Shown here: in pieces, positions 1 to 10,979 of the stretch | How positions within the stretch are numbered: the first letter of the stretch is position 1 | How the letters are laid out: every line of letters begins with the position of its first letter | NCBI GenBank assembly: GCA_009103225.1 | Contig: RHPI01001507.1 | Coordinates: 640,025-704,024, forward strand | Direction: 5' to 3' | DNA: 64,000 nt | Source of the DNA: Chlorokybus atmophyticus | Lineage: Eukaryota > Plantae > Mesostigma and Chlorokybus algae | Notes under the pieces: model-generated | The model's input: the letters and a program-made list of their open reading frames with translations, nothing else | Databases searched by the model: none | Told to the model about the DNA's origin: nothing | Translations under genes and position numbers: made by a program

Positions 1-2776
1 CCCACCCAACCCGTCCCCCCCCTCAGTAGAGTAGTTTGGGTGATCCAAGGCCGACGGGTTGCTGCGCGTGCAACTCTCACGTGCAGTTGAACTCGCGGCA
101 AAACACCGAGCCGAAGGCTTGTGTCGTGCCTTCCCTCGTCATGGCTTGAACTCGTCGTGAACCTCCTCATGCATCCGCATGCCAATGTACACCATTAGAC
201 CATGTCACGCCGCCTCATGCACCATCTCTTATTACATGGAGTTGACACACACATGAAAGATGCGTGTCACCACCCCCTGCAGCTGAGCGCCAACGCCCTC
301 GTACGCCTCCCGCTGACTCACACGCTCATCAAGCCCTTGTACACGTCGGACAGTACCATGCTCCATTAGGGATCTCCTGAAATGGTGGACAAAGGCACTC
401 CATGTGCCAGCTGGCAACACACCTGACGCATTGCAGCATGGTGTCCCAGCCTTTCGCTCGACCACACCGCTCACAATGAAGGCCCACGTCTGGTATTGCC
501 AGAGCTGGATCTACACCATCATCCACGTTTGGCATATAGCAAGGAGCGCAGCTCTTCATGCGCTCCATGGTGGTCCTAGCATCAGCTCCAGCGGCCTTTT
601 TCTTCTGGCCTCGCTGCCCGCAGCCGCAGCCCGCTTCTTCGGCGGCATCGTCCACTTGCTCTCTCCTCAAACTCTCCTCCAAACTTTCGGTCGTCAACGG
701 CGTCGCCAACAACGCCGCCATCGAGGTGACGGCCGCAACTCATACATGCTTGCATGTATGATGTGTGTGCACGTGTTCACTGCTGTGCGTTGCTGTGCAT
801 GAAGGGGTGTGCGTCACTGCTGCGACTTGATGCACCGTATGGGCTGTCTTAGCACGTACGTTAAGTGAGGATTGAGTTTGATCTGCTCTACACGAGTAAA
901 CGGTTGATTGCAAGTCAAGTTGTGGTCATCTTGCACTACCTTTTGCAAGGAGATACGCGTCTTGTTCAGAGACAAGGGGGCGGCGCCGTTGGCGGAAGCA
1001 ATCTCTGCGGGGAGATACCTGTATGTAGGGGCACACGTTGGACCAAGCACACGCACACATACACGTGTGCACACGCACACGGACATGATGATGATGATGA
1101 TGGTGGTCATGATGATGCTGATGTGCATGTGCGTGTGTGTGCACTCACAGCCAGTCGTAGAAAGGCGACAGGCACTTTGCTCCAATACATGAGACACCCT
1201 TCGTATACCCACCTGCATGTGTTTCATCGCAATACTACCACCACCACCACCACCACCACCAACCCCAACCCCAACCCGAACACCCTATCCCTCCCCCTCC
1301 CTACCTTTCAGCATCCTACCCAACTCGCTCTGATCATGTCCATCCGTGGTCCCCAGCGCCCTTTCCCTCCACTCCTTGCAGATCTCAATACTCCTCTTGG
1401 TACTCCTCACGAACAATACCCCCGTGTTGATCTCCCAGGTCACGAGCTCCGGCAACACGTCGCGCGCACGTAGCATCATTACCATCGGTGGTTACTAAGA
1501 TGTCGGCGGAGAGGCGGGCGGCGGGGAGACGGATTGGGGAGGGTTGTTCTTGTTGTTGTTGGTGTTGGGGTGTTTGCCGAGAAGAGGCCAGGGGTCTGTG
1601 AACCAGACCGTGTCGGCGTCGGAGATGAGGACGTCGTAGCCCTGAGAGGGGAGGGGAGGGTGGGGTGGGGGTGGGGTGGAGATGTGTGCGTGTGTGCCTT
1701 GGTGGCAGACCGCTTGACTGATAGCGCGCGACTGTGTGCATAGATGCCTGTGCGTGCGTGTGTGCGTGCATGCGTGCGCGCGTGTATGTACGTGTATGTA
1801 CGTGTCTGATGAGCACGGTTACAACGAGGCCACGCTCACACTCAGCCAATACAACACACTAGTCACACACCCACACCTGCACACGTGCAGACCCACACAC
1901 GCACGCGCACAAACACATCCAAGCCCGCGCACGCGCACGCCCAACAATCCAACCACCCACCCCCCTCCTCACCTTGACCAGCAGCATCCTCAAGAAATCC
2001 GCCTTCACCGCTCCCACCTTCTTGAACGCGTTGAGATCCGTCCTATAATACTTCTCATTCGTCCTCAAATTACTCCCCGCCACACTCCCACCATTCCTCA
2101 TGTGTCCAATGATCTCGGCGTTGATGGTGGGGATGTCAGGGAAGCCGCTGGCGGCAGTGGAGGAAGAGGTCGTCGTCCATGGTGATGAAGATGTAGTCGT
2201 GGAGGGCGGGGATGCGCTGGACGTGAGGACCTGGGGGAGGCGGGGGCGTCAGTGCAAAGCGTGTGCATGCACGTGCAAGGCTGAATGTACATGTGTGCAC
2301 GCGCTTACACGTGTGTGCACGAAACAGCGTGTGTGTGTGCGCGCAGACACATACACGTGCATGCGCCCGCACACGTGGATGCGTGTGCGCATGCACGTGT
2401 GCGTGCGCTTGCAGGCGCACGTGCGCACGTGTGCACGTGCGTGGTAGTCATGCGTGAAGCATCCCCTCAACAACTACTCGCTCTCTCACAACACCACACA
2501 TGCATCCTCCCTCCCTCTCTCACCCAATTCGTGATGAAGCATCGCTAACGACCCAAACACGTCCGTGAGCGACGCGGGCGCGGGCGGCAACACGCGCGAC
2601 CACAACGCCTCCTCCTCCGCGTCAAGCTCACCCCAACCATCGCCTTGTTGGGTTGGGTTGTGTTTGCTGTGTTTGGTGTTGGAGTTGGTGTTGAGTTTGA
2701 GGTGTTTGTGGGGGAGGGGAGGGTAGGGAGGGAGAGGGCAAGAGGGTGAGGAGGGCGGAGGAAGTTTGGGTGGTAC
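1..2776 (-). pseudogene. Inverted, degenerate partial copy of the GT77/XEG113-like gene (exon 2-6 homologues plus last-exon remnant; introns retained)
   Basis: Minus-strand peptides match the intact gene at 5987-10045: GELDAEEEALWSRVLPPAPASLT, KYYRTDLNAFKKVGAVKADFLRMLLVK, ELVTWEINTGVLFVRST, YRYLPAEIAS. Positions 1-150 match the last exon (cgcgagttcaactgcacg..cagcaacccgtcg..cccaaactactcta..gacgggttgggtggg). Frameshifts and stops are present (gtcctcacgtccag versus gtcctccacgtccag; RQRLP*). No exon-1 or exon-7-9 homologue was found. Confidence 0.85.
329..721 (-). CDS. PHD-finger ORF/fragment inserted in the GT77 pseudogene, possibly retrotransposon-derived
   Basis: Complete C4HC3 pattern: CERC..CVRC..H-x2-C..WYCPTC, preceded by VDPALAIP. 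No partner exons were identified. Confidence 0.7.
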   Translation of the reverse strand: MAALLATPLTTESLEESLRREQVDDAAEEAGCGCGQRGQKKKAAGADARTTMERMKSCAPCYMPNVDDGVDPALAIPDVGLHCERCGRAKGWDTMLQCVRCVASWHMECLCPPFQEIPNGAWYCPTCTRA

Positions 2777-3423
2777 CTGCAAGTTGGGTCAAGCTGTATC
2801 AGCATGTGGACATCCGTGTCCGTGGACGGAAGAAGTATCGTGCGTACAGGATACTTCTTGTGTGCACACATGCACGCGCACGCACAAATCGTGTACGTGC
2901 ATGCTTGCGCGTATGCGCAGCCACATGCACATATGAAATGAATGCAACCACAATCGTATTCGTATGTGCATGTATGCAGCCACGTTGCAGCTGCAAACAT
3001 GTGCATATGGGCATGCGCGTGTGCTCTTGTGCGCGCGCATGTGAATGCACACGATTGAGTGGTGGTGCAGGAGCATGCGCATGTGTGCGTATGTGCATGC
3101 ATGCGTGCAGTCTTATCCCATGCGGCAGCACAGGCAGCATCACACGCAGACACACACATGTGCACAACTTGCTAGCAGCGCGCATGCACACAAGCACAAT
3201 CTGCTGATGACAACATGCGCATGCGCTTGCTCCACCGCACACGCGTTCAACATGCAGTAGCAGCTGCTTGCAAGAATAGTGTGGCGCACACATGCGCACA
3301 TGCACACACGCGCACGCACGCGTACCTGCACGCACTTGTGAACCATGCAATAGCTGCTGCGGCTGGCAAGGGTACACACGCACTAAGCATGCAGAAGTAG
3401 CAGTCAGCAAGGGTACAAACAGA

Positions 3424-3515
3424 CGCACACACACACACACACGCACACGCACACGCACACGCACACGCACACGCACACGCACACGCACACGCACACGCAC
3501 ACGCACACGCACACA
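3424..3515. repeat. (CA)n/(GCACAC)n microsatellite
   Basis: Direct tandem repeat of gcacac units. Confidence 0.95.
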
Positions 3516-4996
3516 CATCTCCTGTCGCCCGCTGCATGTGTATCTACGCACATGCGCGCGCGCACGCACACATGCACACGCCTGCATTGCCGCCTGCACT
3601 TCACATGCATGCACTCACAAGCCAACACAAGTGCACACCCCTACACTTCACGCATATGCACGCACGTATACACACCACTTGCTGCACCATGAGTGCATGC
3701 CCACACGTTGCTTGATGCAGTTCATGTGCATGCGCGCATAAGCACATGCATATGGGTTAAGGCTTTGAGTGTCTGCCAGCCACATGCCAATGGTGGCTTA
3801 GCTTGCCCTCGTAAACGTAGTGGTAAGTAAATAGTGTTAAATCCAACCAACACCATTTTGTGAAAAGTTTTGCTTCTGTGCACATGTTAATAGTGTGAAT
3901 CTTGTGTCAATTAGTGTCTGCATCATTATGGATTAATGATGAACCATCAATAACTGCTTGGTATGGACACATGTGGTATGGACATGTTTTGGCATGTGCC
4001 AAGTTAAAACGAAGCGTTCCTTTCAAAGTTTACTGTAAAGTTTACAGTGATGATCATGATACCAACACTCCGTATATGGTGCTCATGGTTGCGCCTTTCA
4101 TATATCCCATAACCTATATGATGCATACGTAATGAGCATGTTGCTCATTACAAGCGTGTTTGCCAAGACATATATATTATGACATTCATCACGATATCAG
4201 TGTGTGTGTTTTAAATAGTTGTGCCTAATAATTGCTAAACAATGAAATTGCTGTAATAGATCATGAGACAGTAAATAAGGACATTATTGCCCCGCTATGT
4301 ACCTCATCGCACAATAAGCATAAAAAATATCAATTATAACCCATGTGTGGTTAGTATATGAACTTTAAACATATCAATTACTTTTCTTACTGAGAATAAG
4401 CCTAGTACATACATGCGTAAATGACGGCCATTAGCAAGCACGCAATTGTAATGTTCAATCTTGATCGACAAAATATAATTTCAATCACTACTTTGGTTTC
4501 CTCTCATCAAATGAAGCGTACAATGTACCATGATTTAACAACTTCAAAGCTTGTCATAACCATTAAGAGCATCTTGTATTGTTATGGTCTTGATCTGATT
4601 ATGCTAATATCGTCAATTGAAATTATTCGTAAAAATTTCAAAAGTATTACTGTTAAACACCTACAATGTCTGAGATGACGATTCAATACTGTGCCTTATG
4701 ATCTGGCATGCAGTACTGATTGATCTCTTGCTAACTTATGTGGCATGACAGCATGTACCATGCATCATCAAAGGCTCAACTTCCGCAAGTCACGGACGTA
4801 AGATGCTGGACTCCTGCGACGGAAGCTTCCATTCCAACAACTTTCAACGATCCGAACTGCAACGGCAAAGCGGCGGCGACGTTGTCGTTGTCATCCACAG
4901 CATTGTGACCTTCCCCGTCCTCACCTTTCTCATCCAACAAAGAATGCGATGACGTCTATCAGCTTCTAGTACATTGCAAACTCTCCTAGCGTAGCT

Positions 4997-7900
4997 ATGC
5001 GCAGGGTTGGTTCCTCCAGCACCACCGCCTCCTCCTCCATCTCCTCCTCCTCCTCCTCCTCCTCCTCCCGCTCCATCATATGGTCTCGTCGCCGCACCTT
5101 TGTCCTGGCCGCCCTCCTCTCCACCGCCCTCTTCTCCGCCTGCGTCACGGTCCGCCTCCAGCAGCAGAGCAGCACCGACGACGCCGACACCAAGGACCTG
5201 TTCCTGGCGGACCAGCTGAGGTCGGAGGCCAGGAGGCTCAGGGATGAGGTGGCGGAGGAGAGGAGGAGGAAGGAGGAGATGGTGAAGGAGGAGGAGGATG
5301 CAAGCAAGGAGAAGGAAGAGAGTGTCAATGACAGGAAGTCGACTAGCCAACAGCCTGAGGTGATTTTGGGAGTTTGTGCGTATGTGTGGCTGTGTACCTG
5401 AATTGAGGTTGTTGACAATGCAGTCGGCAGAACGTACACATTCGCATACACATAGTCAGGTTGTGCGTATGTTGTGTAAACGAACGATTGTGTGTACCTG
5501 TGTGTATGGTATGCCATATATATCCGTGATGTAGACTTACAGTAGCAATTGCGCACAATTCAGTGCATGTATTGCACACATTTTGTCAATGCGTGCATGT
5601 GCACGCACAACACTTATACATCGGTAGTTGTCAGACGTGTGCAACGACCGCGTGACACTTGCGTGTTTACTCACACGCTGAGCGCAGGCGCAGGCGCGTG
5701 TGACGAATGCAGAATGCACATGCTGCATACCATTGTGAAACTGGTTGGCTTCGTGTGTGCATGTGGGTACACACTTGCATGTGCACATGCCAGCGCATGC
5801 ACACAGACACAAAATGTGGGTGCGTGCATGCGCGCATGCACGAGCAGTCGCGCACACACTCATGTGCATGCCTGCTCATACGTGCGTGCGCGTATATGCT
5901 TTTGCTTGTGCGAGTATGTGCATGGGTACACATCATACTCCCAACCAACGTCCATTTACTAATAAACAGCTACACCCCACTCGCAGGTACCACCCGAACC
6001 TCCTCCACCCTCCTCTCCCCCTCCCTCACCCTCACCCTCACCCTCTCCCCCTCCACACTCCCCTCCCCCCCACCAGACACACCCAACCCAACAACAACAA
6101 ACCCACCCAAACCAACAAGGCGGTGGTTGGGGTGAGCTCGATGCCGAGGAGGAGGCGTTGTGGTCGCGCGTGTTGCCGCCCGCGCCCGCGTCGCTCACGG
6201 TCGTGTTCGGGTCGATTGCCATGCTGGACTTTATAACCAACTGGGTGAGGAGGAGAATGCATGGTTGTGTTGTGGTGGAGAAGAGAATGGTCGAGTACTT
6301 GTTGGGGTGGATGCTTTGCACGCATGTGCGTGCAAAGCATCCACGCGCGTGTGCAAGCGCATGTCTGTTTTCTGGCACACATACAGATTCGGCGTGCGTG
6401 TGCGTATGTGGATGCGCGTACACGCACACACACATGCACAGGCACTCTGAATCAGACACACGCATGCGCGCATACCCACGCGCATGCACACAGCGCCCCG
6501 CACTCAACACATATGCGCACACACGAACACATCAACCCACACCCACACCCTCTCAGGTCCTCCACGTCCAGCGCATCCCTGCCCTCCACGACTACGTGGT
6601 CATCACGATGGACGACGAGTTGTTGGCCCACTGCCGCCAGCGCGGCTTCCCTGCCATCCCCGCCATCAACGCCGAGATCATTGGACATATGGGGAAGGGT
6701 GGGAGTGTGGCGGGGAGCGATCTCAAGACGAACAAGAAGTATTACAGGACGGATCTCAACGCGTTCAAGAAGATGGGGGCGGTCAAGGCGGACTTCTTGA
6801 GGATGCTGCTGGTGAAGGTGAGGAGGGGGGTGGGTGGAAGTGTGGGCGTGGGTGTGTGGGTGTGGGTGTGCGAACGTGCGAGTGTGCGCATGTATGCGTG
6901 TGCATGTATCTTGAATGTGTGGTAGTACTGGAATTGTGTACATGTGCGCATACTTGCATGCACATGCGCGCGTGCGCGTGTACTGTCTGTAACGCATCGT
7001 GCTCATGCGCATATACACACGAACGCACGCACACACTCGCACACGGACGCACACACGCGCACGCATGCACACTGACCCCTCCCCTCCCCTCCCCTCTCAG
7101 GGCTACGACGTCCTCGTCTCCGATGCCGACACAGTCTGGTTTACAGACCCCTGGCCCCTCCTCGGCAAACACCCCAACACCAACACCAACAACAAGGACA
7201 ACCCCTCTCCCTCCCCAATCCGTCTCCCCGCCGCCCGCCTCTTTGCTGATGCGGATATATTAGTAACGAGTGATTGTATCGACGCCACGAAGGATATAGT
7301 CCCGGAGCTCGTGACGTGGGAGATCAACACGGGGGTGTTGTTCGTGCGTTCCACGCCGAGGAGCATCGAGTTCTGCGAGGAGTGGAGGGAAAGGGCGCTG
7401 AGTACCACGGATGGACACGATCAGTCAGAGTTCAATAGGATACTGAAAGGTGAGGGTTGTTGTTGTGGTTGTTGTGGTTGTTGTTGTTGACGATTACCCG
7501 CCACCACCACGACATTGAGAACTACAACAGCGACAACAACAGCGTGACAACAAGAACAGCAGCTTTGTGGGAGTGATATAACAATGAATCACACATGCAG
7601 GTGGTTACACGAAGGGCGTCCCGTGTAATGGAGCAAAGTGCCTGTCGCCGTTCTACGACTGGCCGTGAGTACACATGCGCACATCTTCATCATCACCACC
7701 AGTATTATTTTGTGTGTGTGCGTGTGCTTGCTCAAATGCGTGCCCACATTCAGGTATCTCCCCGTGGAGATCGCATCGAACGACGGCGTCGACCCGCTGT
7801 CTCCAAACGAGACGCTGCGCGCGAGCTACTACGTCGACCGGGGCGTGCGGTCGGCCCTCGTGGACCACATACACGCCAGCTTCGCGGTGCATCGGAAACA

Positions 7901-10045
7901 GGGCGTGCGGGAAGTGTTCTGGGCGTAAGCAGGAGTTGTGGTAGTAGTAGTAGTAGTGTCACACATGCACACACGCGCACATCTGTGTGCGCACGCATGC
8001 GTGCACACACACGCACACGCACATGCACACGCACAAGCACAAGCACAAGCAAGAGCACAAGCACACACACACACCTTCGTGCGCAGTTGGGGCGGCCGCG
8101 TGAAGGTTGGTATCCTCCCCCTAACCGAGTTCCTTGGCGGCCACACTTACTTCGTCCAACGCATCCCCTCCCGCTACTCCGTGTCCCCCATCAACGTGCA
8201 CGCCACGTACCAGTTCGGCGACACGCCCGAGTACATGTTCGGGAAGAGGCAGCGCATGAGGGAGCACGGGCTGTGGCTGTACGAAGATGACGAGTATTAT
8301 AGCCAGGGGGATTTCATGGAGGTGACGGGGATTGAGAGGGAGCTGGAAGAGGCGATGAATGCGACGGGGTATAGCCAGAGCGTGCGGTCGTGCTGGTGAG
8401 TTCGTGCGTGGGTGTGGGTGGGTGGGTGGGTGGGTGCGTGTGCGTGCGGGCGGGTGCAAGCGCGTGTGCGTGTGCGTGCATGGGCGTGAGCGTGCGTGCG
8501 AGTGTGTGCCATGTTTGTGCACGTGTGTTTGTGTCTGTTCAGTGTGTCTGCATGCATGCGTGCGCGTGTCTGCATGTGCATGCGTATGTGCACACCCACA
8601 CGCGTGCGTGTATAGGTGTATGTGCATGCGGACACATAGGCACGCACACGTTGTACGTGCGTGCGTGTGCACGTATGCTTGCATGCATGTCCGCCTGCCA
8701 CCCACCTCCACCCACTCTCCCCTCTCCTCTCGCCCAGGCCTGGTGAGCTCCCTTCCTCCTTCTCCCCGACCCTCGGTTGCTTCCACCCCTCCAGATTAGT
8801 TACCACAGTACCAAAAGACTCCCGCGCCAACCTCCGCTCCGCCGTCGACCCCGCCAAGCCCCACCTCGACGTGGTTCGCCGACTCAGACTCGTGCTGAGG
8901 AACGCCGTCACACTGGCGAGGACGCTGGGACGGGCGATCGTGTTGCCGCAGTTCTGGTGCGTCGCGGAGAGGCACTGGTGGATGCTCGAGGATGGGAGGG
9001 TGCCGGGGGGACAAGTGCAGCTACCGTAAGTGTGTGTGTGTGTGGCTGGAGAGGGCGACGTAGCGTGCTTATGCACTTATGCATGTGCGCGTGCACGCAG
9101 TTGTTCAGATACACGTGCACACGCATGCATTCAAGCACGTGCTTGCACACTAACGCACACACATACTGCACCCACACGCAACAACGACAACTCGCTGTAG
9201 GCAGCCTGACAACACTCCTTACAACCTGATCAACATCAACACGGAATATCATCTCCCATCTCTCCTCCAGGTTCGAGTGTCCGATGGACAACCTCGTCGA
9301 GCCCGCCTTATGGGTCAACCACATCGATTTCCGCCAGGCCAAGTTTCTATCCGACCCGCGCATCCCGGAATCGGTCTCCTCTTCCCGGTCGGTTCTGGAA
9401 CTGGTCCCGCGCGGCGAGCTCGGGTCCCGGGACATGGTGATTGAGAAAGATGTGATAAGAGTCCCGGCGGGGATCAGGTATGATGAGGCCAAGGAGATGT
9501 TGAGTAAAGAGGGCGTGAAGCGCACGCGCGTGTTGAGTATCAGTGCCACGGATGTGATGAAGTTCTCGTTGTGCGCGTTCAAGAATAGGAGCAGCGTGCG
9601 GTATGCCAATGAGGTCATCGAGACGGCCTTCAAACTACAGGTGAGAATGCGTCTGAATTCAACCTTGTAGGTGAACCATTTCACGCGCGCGCGTGCGTGT
9701 GTGTGTGTGTGTGTATGTACATGCACACGCGCGCGTGCGCGCCTGTATGCCTGCGCGGGTACACATGCGCGTGCATGCGTGCTCACATGCACGCTTGCAT
9801 GTGCGTTTGTACATATCATTGACTGCCTATATCCCAACCAGGTGAAGTACTGTTCCATCGAGCGCAACCAGTTCATCAAGGAGGTTGCCGACCAGGCCTT
9901 TGCTCGCGGCGAGGATCTCGGCGCGGCGTTCCGGCGCGAGTTCAACTGCACGGGAGAGGTCCACACGCAGCAACCCGTCGACCTCGGACCGCCCAAACTA
10001 CTCTATTGCGAGGAGGCGGACGGGTTGGGTGGGGTCTCGTCATGA
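4997..10045 (+). CDS. XEG113: GT77-family nucleotide-diphospho-sugar transferase, XEG113-like extensin arabinosyltransferase; 10 exons (4997-5359, 5987-6244, 6557-6817, 7101-7449, 7601-7664, 7754-7924, 8087-8395, 8738-9025, 9271-9640, 9842-10045)
   Basis: Type II membrane anchor (TFVLAALLSTALFSACVTV), DxD motif (VSDADTVW), DILVTSDC, EINTGVLFVRST, DQSEFN, GILPLTEFLGGHTYFVQ..NVHATYQF..GKRQRMRE, LRNAVTLARTLGRAIVLPQFWC and FECPMDN. The exons join in frame through GT-AG introns. Confidence 0.85.
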
Positions 10046-10979
10046 TGAAGATGACACGTGTTGCACGCACTTGACCTGACCCTCTCCCCCAACACTAACC
10101 CCAACAAAACCTACCCCGTGTAGGTCACGCAAAAGGTCGTCCTTGACTTGGTTGGGGTGCTATGGCATCGATTTTGCTTCGCATGAATACTTTGATAGTT
10201 GTATGTATAGTAGGGATAGTGTTTAGCTAGCTGATTTACAACGTTGTTACGCGTAATGTGTGTATGATTGGGGTGGCTTTTGATGTATTGGAGGGTGTTG
10301 TGTGAATGTGCGCAGCTAGAAAGTTGTGCATCTGTGTACAGGATAGGCGAGGCAGTATTTGTGTCTGGTGGTGCGGGGGGGTGCGTGTGTCTGCCTATGC
10401 TGCCTGTGCTGCATGAGGTAAGTTTGCACGCTTGCACGCACACATGCGCCAACGAACACATGCACACGTGCGCACGCACGTGTCCCCTCCCCCTCCCCAG
10501 TGGTGTTTATATATATACACAACTTGCATACATATGGACAGTGGTGTGCGTACACGAAAGAAGTGCAGTGGCAACAGCAGCAGCCGCTACCCAGGTCACA
10601 TGCACACCCGCGCGCGCACGCATGTGCGGTACGCAAATGATGTAGCAACACCACGGCCGAAACACCGACAACTAAACTTACCATCTTTTATCAAAATGTG
10701 CACTGCCGGCTGAGGCAAAATGTGATGAGGCCAATAAGTATTCTTCTATGATGTTGTGCTTATTCATGTGGCACCCATACCCATGTCACATCACCTTGCA
10801 ATGTGGTAACATACTGGTAGCCTTCTTACAGAGCAAGTTTCTGATGCGACCACCACGACACACATCGACTCCATGCACGCACAAGACAGGCAGCCACATA
10901 ACAACAATAATTCGGATTATTATTGGCAACCTTGGCCAATCACCACTAACCAATCCAACTACAAACACACCTGTGAGCC

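Noticed and set aside
2249-3741. Numerous Cys/His/Ala/Val/Thr-rich ORFs (HAHTH.., CVCVC.., RVRVR..) here and throughout the window
   Set aside because: They are translations of intronic or intergenic alternating purine-pyrimidine microsatellites, which rarely contain stops; no domain signal.
4844-5350. 168-aa minus-strand ORF with poly-Gly
   Set aside because: Antisense shadow of GT77 exon 1.
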